DNA from: an uncultured Candidatus Saccharibacteria bacterium
GTDB lineage: Bacteria; Patescibacteriota; Minisyncoccia; UBA6257; 1-14-0-10-44-23
NCBI GenBank assembly: GCA_964549935.1
Contig: CAZJVT010000002.1
Location: 121,336 to 185,335, forward strand
Direction of reading: 5' to 3'
DNA length: 64,000 nucleotides
This document shows, one piece after another, positions 27,743 to 37,166 of this stretch (the first letter of the stretch is position 1; each line of letters begins with the position of its first letter). Below the pieces are notes generated by a model. The model was not told where the DNA came from and ran no database searches. It saw nothing but the letters and a program-made list of their open reading frames with translations. A program made the position numbers and the translations under genes.

Positions 27743-29179
27743 ATGCGTATTTTTGACACCCTCTCCGGCGAGAAAAAAGAACTCAAGCAGCCAAAGGCGT
27801 TTGGGATTTTTAAGAAGCCAATTAATATGTTTGTCTGCGGACCGACTGTTTACGACTACCCGCACATCGGCAACGCGCGCACGTTTGTCTTCTTCGATAT
27901 GTTTACCCGCTACCTGCGCAGCCAGGGTATACAAATAAAGTATTTGCAAAACATTACCGACATCGACGACAAGATTATCCAGAAGGCCAAAGACGAAAAC
28001 ACCACCTGGCAGGAGGTGAGTAAAAAGTACGAGGCGATTTATTTTGCCGACCTCAAGGCGCTCGGCGTGGATACTGCAAACATGCAGTTTGCGAAAGCGA
28101 CCGAATTTATTCCGGAAATTATCGCCCAGGTAAAGCGTCTGCGCGACAAAGGCTTCGCCTACAAAATCGATGGCGACGGTTGGTATTTTGATATCACGAA
28201 GTACGTCGGTTACGGCGAGCTCGCCCACCGCACGGTGCAGCAGGCAGAGGACGGCGTCACCCGCGTGGATAACAGCGACAAGAAGCGTAATGCGGGCGAC
28301 TTTTGTTTGTGGAAGTTGAGTTCGCAAATCGTAAATCGTGAATCGCAGATCGTTGAAAAAGCAGAACCAAGCTGGGAAAATGCCGAGCTCGGTGCCGGCC
28401 GCCCGGGTTGGCACATCGAGGACACGGCAATAACCGAAAAGATTTTAGGCGCGCAGTACGATATCCACGGCGGCGCGATTGACCTCAAGTTCCCCCACCA
28501 CGAAGCCGAACGCGCGCAGCAGGAGTCCGCGAGCGGCAAAACCCCGTTTGTGAACATTTGGATGCACGCTGGCTTTTTGACAATCAACGGAGCGAAGATG
28601 AGTAAATCACTGGGCAACTTCCTGACAGTTGATGACGTGCTTAAAAAAATGACGGCGGACGAGTTCCGGATGATGCTGCTCATGACCCACTACCGAAAGC
28701 CGCTGGATTTTACCGATGAGAGAATGCATTCTGCAAAAAAAGTTATTGCTCAAACCCATGAATTACTTTGGGAGCTCATTCAGGCTAAATCAGAAAAACG
28801 AAATGAAGCGATGGAAAATGAATTCGCTGTGGCTCGTCAAAAATTCGACGAATTTATTAATGATGATTTTGATACCTACAAAGCGTTTGGGTTGGCAATC
28901 GGCGTCTTAGAGAACCAAGCGCATGCGCTAAGAGGATCTTTGACTGCTGACCAAGCCCTAGAGATTTCCAATTACATTAAGAAAATCTTCGCCTTTTTCG
29001 GCATAATACTGCCTACTCCGGAAATCCCTGAACAAGTCCAAAAACTACTTGAGCAGCGCGAGTTATCCCGTGTTAATAAACAGTTTGCTCAATCTGACGC
29101 CTTGCGTAAGGAAATAGAAGGGTTAGGATATGTCATAGAAGACACTCCTGCCGGACCGCTCGTTTTACCTAAATCGTAA
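27743..29179 (+). CDS. cysS: Cysteinyl-tRNA synthetase
   Basis: HIGN and KMSKS motifs. Contains an extra SQIVNRESQIV segment encoded by an ATCGT heptamer array at 28322-28354. Confidence 0.9.
   Translation: MRIFDTLSGEKKELKQPKAFGIFKKPINMFVCGPTVYDYPHIGNARTFVFFDMFTRYLRSQGIQIKYLQNITDIDDKIIQKAKDENTTWQEVSKKYEAIYFADLKALGVDTANMQFAKATEFIPEIIAQVKRLRDKGFAYKIDGDGWYFDITKYVGYGELAHRTVQQAEDGVTRVDNSDKKRNAGDFCLWKLSSQIVNRESQIVEKAEPSWENAELGAGRPGWHIEDTAITEKILGAQYDIHGGAIDLKFPHHEAERAQQESASGKTPFVNIWMHAGFLTINGAKMSKSLGNFLTVDDVLKKMTADEFRMMLLMTHYRKPLDFTDERMHSAKKVIAQTHELLWELIQAKSEKRNEAMENEFAVARQKFDEFINDDFDTYKAFGLAIGVLENQAHALRGSLTADQALEISNYIKKIFAFFGIILPTPEIPEQVQKLLEQRELSRVNKQFAQSDALRKEIEGLGYVIEDTPAGPLVLPKS
28322..28354. 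repeat. 7-nt-periodic array (AAATCGT x2, GAATCGC, AGATCGT) lying in frame inside cysS
   Basis: tcgcaaatcgtaaatcgtgaatcgcagatcgtt. Confidence 0.65.
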
Positions 29180-29253
29180 AACGTAGATCGTAGATCCTGC
29201 TCGGAGGTCTCCCACGTTTCACGTTTTACGTTCTACGCTTCACGTTCCACGCT
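29173..29253. repeat. Inverted pair of 7-nt-periodic arrays forming a hairpin; spans the cysS stop and abuts the dnaB ATG
   Basis: aatcgtaaaacgtagatcgtagatc [ctgctcggaggtctccc] acgtttcacgttttacgttctacgcttcacgttccacgct. Confidence 0.65.
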
Positions 29254-30591
29254 ATGGCAACAAAACTCCCTCCACAAAACTTAGAGGCTGAAGAATCCGT
29301 CCTCGGCGGATTGATGATCGACCACACCGCCATAATCCGCGTCGCGGATATTCTTAAGACTGAAGATTTTTATAAGCCGGTACACGCCGCTATTTACGGT
29401 GCCTTTTTGAAATTATTTGAAAAGCGTCAGCCAATCGACATTTTGACGGTTACCAATGCGCTCAAAGAAGCCGGCCAACTGGAAAGTGTTGGCGGCGCGA
29501 CCTACCTAACCAGCCTTGCCGAACGCGTCCCGACCGCGAGCCACATCGAGCACTACGCCAAACTCGTAAAAGAAAAGAAAATCCTACGTGAGCTCATCAA
29601 TACTTCGGCGGAGATAAGCGAGGGGGCCTTCGCCTCCCCCGAGGACATTGCCACGCTGCTCGACCAAATCGAGAGCAAAATCTTTTCAATTTCGCAGGGC
29701 TCTGTCAGCCAAAAGTTTTTCCAAATTAAAGACGAGTTGAAGTCGGCCTACGAGCGTATCGAGCGCCTCCACCAAGGCGACGGCTCAATGCGCGGCGTCC
29801 CAACCGGTTTTACGGGACTCGACAACATTCTTTCTGGCTTCCAAAAGTCTGACCTGGTCATCATCGGCGCCCGTCCGTCTGTCGGTAAGACCTCGCTCGT
29901 GTTAAACATGGCGGCCCACGCGGCCATCAAGTGCGGACTCCCCGTCGGTATTTTCAGTATCGAAATGAGTCGTGAACAGGTCGTCGACCGTATCATCGCC
30001 GCCGAAGCCGGCGTCGCGCTTTGGAAACTCCGCACCGGTAAGCTGCGCGATGAAAACGACTTTGCCTTAATTCAAAACTCACTTGATACCTTGTCGCGCA
30101 CGCCGCTGTTTATCGACGACAGCCCGAGCCCGTCAATTCTCCAAATGCGCGCGATGGCCCGCCGCCTGCAATCCGAACACGGATTGGCGATGATCATCGT
30201 CGACTACCTCCAGCTCATTCAACCGAAAACCGGCAGCGACAACGTCGTCAGCCAGATCACCGAAATCAGCCGCGGACTCAAAGGACTCGCTCGTGAACTC
30301 AACGTGCCGGTTATCGCGCTTTCCCAGCTCTCCCGTGGCGTTGAAAGCCGCGAGACCGGAATCCCACGCCTAGCCGACCTGCGCGACTCCGGCTCTATCG
30401 AACAAGACGCCGACGTCGTTATGTTCATCTACCGTAAAGACCGCAACAAAGTCGGCCTCGACCCGGCAGACGAAAACATCGCCGAACTTATCGTCGCTAA
30501 GCACCGTAACGGTCCGCTCGGCACCGTCCAGGTCCGCTTCGACCCCGACACGACCACGTTTAAAAATATCGACACCCGCCATGCCGCATAA
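29254..30591 (+). CDS. dnaB: Replicative DNA helicase DnaB
   Basis: Walker A GARPSVGKTS and RecA-like C-domain; no intein. Confidence 0.9.
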   Translation: MATKLPPQNLEAEESVLGGLMIDHTAIIRVADILKTEDFYKPVHAAIYGAFLKLFEKRQPIDILTVTNALKEAGQLESVGGATYLTSLAERVPTASHIEHYAKLVKEKKILRELINTSAEISEGAFASPEDIATLLDQIESKIFSISQGSVSQKFFQIKDELKSAYERIERLHQGDGSMRGVPTGFTGLDNILSGFQKSDLVIIGARPSVGKTSLVLNMAAHAAIKCGLPVGIFSIEMSREQVVDRIIAAEAGVALWKLRTGKLRDENDFALIQNSLDTLSRTPLFIDDSPSPSILQMRAMARRLQSEHGLAMIIVDYLQLIQPKTGSDNVVSQITEISRGLKGLARELNVPVIALSQLSRGVESRETGIPRLADLRDSGSIEQDADVVMFIYRKDRNKVGLDPADENIAELIVAKHRNGPLGTVQVRFDPDTTTFKNIDTRHAA

Positions 30592-30952
30592 TTTCAAGCT
30601 CCCATTTAACATGGAATCGGTAGTCCATAAAGTTTCAGTGACTAGCGCAGTGAACGCCCCACTTTGGGCTTGCGGCGTCATTGCTCTGCCTGCTTTTTTC
30701 CTTGCAACCTACAATGAAGGCTGGCTTAAAATTGCTTTTTTTGTTGTCGGAGGAGTACTCATACTAACGTTTGTCGGTAGCTACTTACTCTTCGCGATCC
30801 GAAATCCTGATTACTTACGCTCGGAAGAATATCAACTAAAAAAAGAGTCTTTAAAGCTATTGGGAGATAGAGATAACCCTTTGCACGCAGAAGCTAATGA
30901 CTTAGTCGCCGTTGTAAATAATCCTGTTTTGCCGCCGCCGGCGAACGACTAA
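30581..30952 (+). CDS. Small hypothetical membrane protein
   Basis: Overlaps the dnaB end by 11 nt; two TM helices. Confidence 0.4.
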   Translation: MPHNFKLPFNMESVVHKVSVTSAVNAPLWACGVIALPAFFLATYNEGWLKIAFFVVGGVLILTFVGSYLLFAIRNPDYLRSEEYQLKKESLKLLGDRDNPLHAEANDLVAVVNNPVLPPPAND

Positions 30953-30956
30953 ATTC

Positions 30957-31241
30957 ATGAAGCTCTATCTGGTAACATATAATTCTGATGCTGTCGTCGA
31001 CCGGGCATCTTTTCATAAATTCATAACTGGTCTTTATCCAGCGTATTTCACTGATTGGTGGCACTACTTAGACAATGTCTATATTATTGCTACTAATCTT
31101 GATGTGAATAAGTTATATAATTTGGTATATCCAGTTATCCCAAACCAGAAGCTATTGATAATTGAAATTGAGCCAAGTAATAATCAAGGATGGCTCCACC
31201 CAGATGCATGGAAGTGGATCAATAAATACAGAGCGCAATGA
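30957..31241 (+). CDS. Hypothetical protein (94 aa)
   Basis: 4-nt overlap with recR (operon-like). Confidence 0.4.
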   Translation: MKLYLVTYNSDAVVDRASFHKFITGLYPAYFTDWWHYLDNVYIIATNLDVNKLYNLVYPVIPNQKLLIIEIEPSNNQGWLHPDAWKWINKYRAQ

Positions 31242-31819
31242 CCCCGGAAGCAATCAAAAAACTTGCGGCGTTGCTCGCGCAGCTTCCCTCGCTCGGTCCG
31301 CGTCAGGCCACGCGTCTCGCCTTTCATATCGCCGGGATGCAGACCGCCGAGGTTGCCGAACTGGCTAAAACAATCGCCGAAACTGCAAAGCTCAAGCGCT
31401 GCACGCAGTGCTTTAGAATTGACGCGCTCGAGAGTGGCAAGTGCACTATTTGCGCTAACCCGCGCCGCGAGCAAAACCTCGTTGCCATCGTCGAAAAAGA
31501 AACCGACGTCTTAACGTTAGAAAAAACAAAGGCCTTTAAAGGACGCTACCTGGTCCTTGGCGACCTGCCGAAGGACGGAATCCTTAGTGGCGAGCAAAAG
31601 CGTCGCCTGGCCAACCTCCACGGCAGTGGCACGCTCGCAGAAGTCGTCATCGCCTTCTCGCCAACTACCTACGGCGACTTAAACGCCAGCATCGTCTCCA
31701 ATGCCCTGCGGGGAGCGACACAAAAAATCACCCGCCTTGCCCGCGGTATCCCAACCGGCGGCGAAATTGAATTCGCGGATGAAGACACGCTTTCGGCAGC
31801 GCTTAAGAACCGGAACTAA
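31238..31819 (+). CDS. recR: Recombination protein RecR
   Basis: HhH region, C4 zinc finger CTQC...CTIC, Toprim domain. Confidence 0.85.
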   Translation: MTPEAIKKLAALLAQLPSLGPRQATRLAFHIAGMQTAEVAELAKTIAETAKLKRCTQCFRIDALESGKCTICANPRREQNLVAIVEKETDVLTLEKTKAFKGRYLVLGDLPKDGILSGEQKRRLANLHGSGTLAEVVIAFSPTTYGDLNASIVSNALRGATQKITRLARGIPTGGEIEFADEDTLSAALKNRN

Positions 31820-32438
31820 CGATAATCGCTCTGCCGGTAAATCCTTTTTTAAACTCCTCCAGCGGAACGAGTCGGTTTTCCCAATTCTGTTCTTTTATTT
31901 TTGACGTGTGGTGCACGTAAAACCCGCGTAGCTCGCCTCCCTGCTCCTCGAAGCCAACGACAACCGCAAGATGCCCGCCGTACTTTTTCCAAAATAAAAT
32001 TTTCTCTTTTAATGATTTGTTATTTTTGAACGCCCATTTTATAGAAATAATGGGGAGCTGACGGTTTTCTAAAGCTTCGCGTAACTCCTGCACGGTAAAG
32101 TGAGCGGCGCGCGCCTTATAATCAAAACTCTCGAGTAATCCCACGAGTCCCTGGTGACTCCAGCCTGCACTATCGCTATATGCCCCGCGAGCAAGGCCAA
32201 GGGCAATAAGTTTCTTAACAGAGGGCGTGAGCGGCTCCTTGCGACTCAACCGGAAACTATCCATTGCCATTTTCGAACACAAAATCCCGCAGCAGGACTG
32301 CATCCAATACGCCGCGTCTTCACGGCTGACGTATCCGAGCTTGTGCCACTCATCTAAATCCCAGTGTTGTCCGTAAAACGGAACTTGCATCTGCATTGCA
32401 AAATTATAACAGCTCCCGAAGGAGCTGTTATATATCAT
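31803..32438 (-). CDS. Papain-like (C39-type) cysteine peptidase domain protein
   Basis: WMQSCCGILCSKMAM resembles the C39 Q...CG.ACL.M catalytic-Cys motif, with a downstream GGHLAVVVG His region. Confidence 0.45.
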   Translation of the reverse strand: MIYNSSFGSCYNFAMQMQVPFYGQHWDLDEWHKLGYVSREDAAYWMQSCCGILCSKMAMDSFRLSRKEPLTPSVKKLIALGLARGAYSDSAGWSHQGLVGLLESFDYKARAAHFTVQELREALENRQLPIISIKWAFKNNKSLKEKILFWKKYGGHLAVVVGFEEQGGELRGFYVHHTSKIKEQNWENRLVPLEEFKKGFTGRAIIVSSGS

Positions 32439-32746
32439 TACTTGATTCCCGTAATCTCAACCTCGGTAAAAGGTTGTCTGTGGGTGTTCTTGGTGCGGCG
32501 GCGGGTCTTGCTCTTGTACTTGAAAACGATGACCTTGTCGTGGCGACCCTGCTGAACGATCTTGGCTGAAACAGCGGCGCCGGCAACAACCGGGGTACCG
32601 AGCTTCATAGCCTCTCCGTCAACGGTCAAATAAACCTGATCAAAGGTTACGGTGTCACCGACGGCTCCAAGAAGCTTCTCAATTTTAAGCTTGTCTCCTG
32701 GCTGCACGCGATACTGCTTTCCTCCTGTGTGAATGACTGCGAACAT
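32438..32746 (-). CDS. rplU: 50S ribosomal protein L21
   Basis: MFAVIHTGGKQYRVQPGD... Confidence 0.9.
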   Translation of the reverse strand: MFAVIHTGGKQYRVQPGDKLKIEKLLGAVGDTVTFDQVYLTVDGEAMKLGTPVVAGAAVSAKIVQQGRHDKVIVFKYKSKTRRRTKNTHRQPFTEVEITGIK

Positions 32747-32773
32747 ATAAATAAAAAATGCCTCAAAGGACTT

Positions 32774-33112
32774 TTATTGGTTGTTGACTACAATAACAAA
32801 TACGGCTACAAAAAGCAAGAGGGCGACCATTAAGCCTGTGATACTAAGCCCCAGAGCGAAAAATCCCTCTCGTTTCGACAGCGAACGCGCGAGCAGATAG
32901 TTCAGCAAAACGACGACTCCCCCGGTTACCACGGCACCGATGACATCAGCCTGCGAACCGGTATAATCCGGCTGACCGGCCTGCGTAAAGTGCAAAATCA
33001 ACTCGTTGCTCGGCGACAAATGTAAGTAGCCGTACCCGCCAGCGGCCAGTAAGATAACAACCGCTATAAGAAATAAGATGTTAATTAAACGCATGGTGTT
33101 AAACGTTATCAA
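32774..33112 (-). CDS. Small hypothetical membrane protein
   Basis: Three TM helices. Confidence 0.4.
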   Translation of the reverse strand: MITFNTMRLINILFLIAVVILLAAGGYGYLHLSPSNELILHFTQAGQPDYTGSQADVIGAVVTGGVVVLLNYLLARSLSKREGFFALGLSITGLMVALLLFVAVFVIVVNNQ

Positions 33113-33566
33113 TCAGCACCACCTTTTCTTTGAATGCCTTAATGAGCGGTGCGTGAACCCATAGAATATCTTTATTCGGCAGATCTTTCAAATCAAACCA
33201 CTCCCACTCCGAAAACTTTTCCGGCTCCATCAGCTTCGGCTCCCCGCTTACGCCGGTAGCCAGCATACCGAAGTGGATATACGGCTCCTCGCGGTTGTTG
33301 TTATTAAACACAACGACAAACTCCGCCGAAGCGGCCACCAGCCCAGTCTCTTCCTTGAGTTCCCGCAGCGCCGCCTGTACGACCGTCTCGCTCTTTTCCA
33401 AGTGCCCACCGGGCAGACCCCAAAAACCGGCACCAAAGGTGTTTTGTCGCTTGCCCAAAAGTATCTTCCCGTCTTTCACGACGAAGACATCAACCGCAGT
33501 AGTGAATTGGAGTCTAGAGGGCATAATGCTTTTTAAACTCCTCCATCGAGTTATACAAGTGCGCAT
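33099..33566 (-). CDS. NUDIX hydrolase
   Basis: GGHLEKSETVVQAALRELKEETGL. Confidence 0.75.
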   Translation of the reverse strand: MRTCITRWRSLKSIMPSRLQFTTAVDVFVVKDGKILLGKRQNTFGAGFWGLPGGHLEKSETVVQAALRELKEETGLVAASAEFVVVFNNNNREEPYIHFGMLATGVSGEPKLMEPEKFSEWEWFDLKDLPNKDILWVHAPLIKAFKEKVVLIDNV

Positions 33567-34107
33567 TCATACCAAAGGCCTTAGCCGCGGCGACGTTTTT
33601 CGCATCGTCATCCCAGAAGTCGATTTCACTTGGCTTCAGCTTGAGGTCTTTGGCGATATGTTCAAAGAACTTCGGGTCCGGTTTTTTGAGACCGACTCGC
33701 GCCGAAGAAAAGCGGTGCTCCTCATTGAACCACTTGCCGATCCCCTTCTTATGCAATAGGTCGTGCGTCCGATACTTCTCATTATTTGTCCCAAGGCCAC
33801 AGATAATGCCCTGCTGCTTGAAGTTATTAATAACGGCATCAAAGCGGTGGTCGACACGGTTTGAGTCCTCGTGGAACCAGTACTCAAAAAGCTCATCGAT
33901 GCTCTTCTCCCACTTCCACTCGGGAAGTACTGCCTGCACCTCCTCGCGCAAATCCGCGTGCCCGGTCAAACACTTCTGAAACGGCCCGCCGAAAAAACGG
34001 TCAAACGACTCCGCCGCCGGCGCACCCGCCGACTTCATAAGCCGTGAACTTAAAAACTCGCTGATTACGAGAACCCCGTCTGCGTCGAAAATGATTGCTT
34101 TGGGCAT
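33514..34107 (-). CDS. HAD-superfamily hydrolase
   Basis: Motif I IIFDADGVL. Confidence 0.7.
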   Translation of the reverse strand: MPKAIIFDADGVLVISEFLSSRLMKSAGAPAAESFDRFFGGPFQKCLTGHADLREEVQAVLPEWKWEKSIDELFEYWFHEDSNRVDHRFDAVINNFKQQGIICGLGTNNEKYRTHDLLHKKGIGKWFNEEHRFSSARVGLKKPDPKFFEHIAKDLKLKPSEIDFWDDDAKNVAAAKAFGMNAHLYNSMEEFKKHYAL

Positions 34108-34110
34108 ATC

Positions 34111-34893
34111 CTAGAGAGGCTTAGAAAACTTAATAATCATAAAGGCCGGTATTTTGCTAAGCTTAGCATAATCGAACGATGATACTTTTTTCATCACAGC
34201 TTGCGGCTTGGGTTCAACAAATTGATCTATCAAAAACCCAGCGTTTTTCGCTTCGGAGAAAATTTCCCCTAGCGGCTTGTGCCACGTAGTGACTGGCCCT
34301 ATGCTTTCTTGATGATCATTTATTTTTTTCGTTGACAAATAATCACCAATAATCTCTATATCATGGGCATCTTTTGAGATGACGGTGGCTAGCTGCCTTA
34401 CTTTACGACGCGCAGAATCTTCGGTCACAACACGTGCAGTATTGACTGGATGGAAACAAGAAAGGAGAAAAGATCCGCCCGGCTTCAAAACTCTAAAAAC
34501 CTCTGCGAGCCCCTTCTCCCAGTTTTGAAGATAATGCATCGCTAGACTAGAGTACGCAAAATCAAAATACTCTTTTTTAAAATCAAGTTGCTCAATGCTC
34601 ATCACACGGAAATCAGAACCAGGATAGCTTTTGCTAGCAATTTCAATCATTCCTTTGGCGATGTCGATACCAACAACCTCTCTGGGACCTAAAGACTTTA
34701 AGTGTTGTACGTCTTCGCCAGTCCCACAACCCAAACTAATAATTTTTTTGCCAGATAGATCTGGTAAAAGTGCATACATCGCTGGCTTCTCATATAAAGA
34801 ATGGTAAACGGACCCTGCTTTGTCACGAACGTGCTTAGCATAAGCCAACGCATTTTTGCTATACATGCGAATAGTTTTTTGGTCGGTAGCCAT
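34111..34893 (-). CDS. Class I SAM-dependent methyltransferase
   Basis: Motif I LGCGTGEDV. Confidence 0.75.
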   Translation of the reverse strand: MATDQKTIRMYSKNALAYAKHVRDKAGSVYHSLYEKPAMYALLPDLSGKKIISLGCGTGEDVQHLKSLGPREVVGIDIAKGMIEIASKSYPGSDFRVMSIEQLDFKKEYFDFAYSSLAMHYLQNWEKGLAEVFRVLKPGGSFLLSCFHPVNTARVVTEDSARRKVRQLATVISKDAHDIEIIGDYLSTKKINDHQESIGPVTTWHKPLGEIFSEAKNAGFLIDQFVEPKPQAVMKKVSSFDYAKLSKIPAFMIIKFSKPL

Positions 34894-34904
34894 AGATTTT
34901 TCGC

Positions 34905-34980
34905 TGGCGCTCTCACGGGGAATCGAACCCCGATTTCGCCCGTGAGAGGGGCGCTTCCTAAGCCATTAGAAGATGAGAGC
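34905..34980 (-). tRNA. tRNA-Glu (anticodon CTC)
   Basis: Reverse complement reads gctctca...cgccc-ctCTCac-gggcg...cgggg-ttcgatt-ccccg-tgagagc-g-cca. Confidence 0.75.
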
Positions 34981-35119
34981 AGTGGAGATATAATACAAAA
35001 CTTTGACAAAAAAATCAATTTCCGCAAAGATAAATGTCTGTGAGCCTCGCTTCGGGGCTCGAGAAAGGAGAAGGCCCATTAATACTTCAACTTGGCGTAC
35101 CAAACCGCATCCCGGCAAG

Positions 35120-35419
35120 ATGCTGGCATCAATGCGACTCGGATTCGATTACATCGAAGAGTACAACGCCTTCGTTCGGATCGGTCCTGTCGGCCCGGGA
35201 AATCCGGGGAAGCATCGAATCGAAACTCGAGACCGCTCCATGCGCGTTCCCGCTAGATCGGAAACCAAGTCCGGAGAGCGCCGCGCCAGACGCTACTTCG
35301 TGCTTGACGCTCTCGCAGGCGACAAGCGCCAGTGGTTCCTAAGGCACCTTGCCCCCTTCCTGAACGAACCGGGCGTCTACTACGTCGACGACGGCTTCAA
35401 GGTCGTTCCGGCCACCTAG
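35120..35419 (+). CDS. Hypothetical protein; high-GC cassette gene next to tRNA-Glu
   Basis: High-GC ORF ending at 35419. The start is uncertain: the track ORF begins at 35003 and ATG 35120 is taken here. Confidence 0.4.
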   Translation: MLASMRLGFDYIEEYNAFVRIGPVGPGNPGKHRIETRDRSMRVPARSETKSGERRARRYFVLDALAGDKRQWFLRHLAPFLNEPGVYYVDDGFKVVPAT

Positions 35420-35444
35420 CGCGGGAGCTCGTCGCGACGACCCG

Positions 35445-35480
35445 AAAGGAGTTCGTCCCGTGACGGGCTCCTTTTCGTTC
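35445..35480 (+). terminator. Intrinsic terminator of the high-GC cassette
   Basis: aaaggag-ttcgtcccgtgacggg-ctccttttcgtt. Confidence 0.5.
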
Positions 35481-35685
35481 TGACCGAAATCACTCCGTTA
35501 CAGTGTACTAGTACACTGTAACATGGTCAGATGAGATTTTTCGGAGTAAATTTAAGCTCAAATTCTCACGGCTCAACGGCGCGCCGTTGACCCGTGAGAT
35601 CCCTGGTGGCCTTGTGACAGAAGGCTTGCACCCAACGGCTCAACGGGCCGCCGTTGAGCCGTTCAGCCTAAAAACCCTTATCCCG

Positions 35686-35722
35686 TCTACTCTCCCCCTA
35701 TCTACTGTCTACTAAATACTAA
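35686..35722. repeat. 7-nt-periodic CTACT-type array abutting the murF stop
   Basis: ctatctactgtctactaaatactaactactg. Confidence 0.55.
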
Positions 35723-37018
35723 CTACTGCGCGCGAAGCGCGCTCACCGCCTTGCTCAAGTGAATACCGTGTGAGGCCTTAACAAGCACTAGGTCGCCGGG
35801 CTTGATAAACTCCCCGATGTTCTGGAGCGCCGAGACGTTTTCGACATACATACAATTTTTCTTAGCGATACGCGCCTTACTCGCCGCATCAGCGTAGTAC
35901 TTGGCCTGCGGGCCGACGGCGATAATCACGTCAAAAATCTTAGCGGCAAGCGCACCGATCTCCTTGTGCGCCGGCACCGAGAAGCTGCCGAGCTCGAGCA
36001 TATCCCCGATGATGGCGATTTTGCGCGCGGCCTTAATTTCTTTAACTGTCTCGATAGCGAGGCGCAGCGAGAGCGGCGAGGCGTTATAGCTGTCGTCAAT
36101 AATCGTGCTCTTATTAATCCCCGGCAAAAACTGCATACGCGAGTGCGGCGGTTTGTAGTACGCGAGCGCCTCGGAGACGTCTACGAGGTTTAAGTTAAAG
36201 GCGAGACCGACACAGGCGGCGGCCGCGGCTGAATAGGCCTGCGAGTAACCGAGCGTTCCGTTAATGCGCACCGGCACAAACGCACCGTCGTACCCCAATT
36301 TAAAAACGATACCAGTTGGTTTTAAAATACCGTCTTTGTTTTCTATTTTGTTTTCAAAATCAATTATGCGCACGTCGCAGTTTTCGGCGAAGCCAAATGT
36401 CAGCGAGGTGGCACGCGTCTTTTGGGCCATCACGCTCACGCGTAGCTCATCCCCGCTTAATACCGCCAGCCCGCTGGCCGGCAAAGCCTCGACGAGGTGC
36501 GCCTTTTCTTTTGCCACCGCCTCGGCGGTCGGATAAAACTCCACGTGTACCGGAATGTCGCCGACGGCGGTTACCACGCTGATGTTTGGTTTTACGATTT
36601 TCGTTAAGTAGGACAAATCCCCCGATTTGTCGGCGGCGTACTCAAGCACGAGCACCTCCGGGTAGAGCTTCTTCCATCCAAAGGCCAAGCGGAAAGAGCT
36701 GGTGATGATGATCCGCGAGAAAAACAGCACCTTCTGCCCCGCCGTTGGCGGGTTAGTAACATCGCGCGAGATAACCTCGAGCTCCTTTTCAGTCCAATCG
36801 CCGAGTACTGTCAGCGGCACGCCATACTCGCTGTTGAAGTTGCCGACATTGCAACGCGCCCGCTTCTTCTTCTCAAGAATGGCAAAAATAGCCTCTTTGG
36901 TTGAGGTCTTGCCGACGCTTCCGGTTACACCGATAACGACCGGCTTAAACTTGGCGATGGTCTTGTGGGCCAGCCAATTTATGATGCTTGTGAGTAGTAC
37001 CTTCAGCTTTTTCTGCAT
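35723..37018 (-). CDS. murF: UDP-MurNAc-tripeptide--D-Ala-D-Ala ligase MurF
   Basis: Mur ligase P-loop VIGVTGSVGKTSTKE. Confidence 0.8.
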   Translation of the reverse strand: MQKKLKVLLTSIINWLAHKTIAKFKPVVIGVTGSVGKTSTKEAIFAILEKKKRARCNVGNFNSEYGVPLTVLGDWTEKELEVISRDVTNPPTAGQKVLFFSRIIITSSFRLAFGWKKLYPEVLVLEYAADKSGDLSYLTKIVKPNISVVTAVGDIPVHVEFYPTAEAVAKEKAHLVEALPASGLAVLSGDELRVSVMAQKTRATSLTFGFAENCDVRIIDFENKIENKDGILKPTGIVFKLGYDGAFVPVRINGTLGYSQAYSAAAAACVGLAFNLNLVDVSEALAYYKPPHSRMQFLPGINKSTIIDDSYNASPLSLRLAIETVKEIKAARKIAIIGDMLELGSFSVPAHKEIGALAAKIFDVIIAVGPQAKYYADAASKARIAKKNCMYVENVSALQNIGEFIKPGDLVLVKASHGIHLSKAVSALRAQ

Positions 37019-37060
37019 ACCTTATATCTTAGTCAAAAATGATAGAATAAGCCACCTAGC

Positions 37061-37165
37061 AAATCCGAAATTCGAATATCGAAATCCGAAACGTTCCTGA
37101 TTAAATAATTTAAAGATTGAGCTCTTTTGTTTCGAGCTTCGTGCTTCGGATTTCGAATTTGAAAA
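37061..37165. repeat. Inverted pair of 7-nt-periodic arrays (TCCGAAA-type) forming a long hairpin between ftsI and murF
   Basis: aaatccgaaattcgaatatcgaaatccgaaacgttcc [33-nt loop] ttcgagcttcgtgcttcggatttcgaatttgaaaag. Confidence 0.65.
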
Positions 37166-37166
37166 G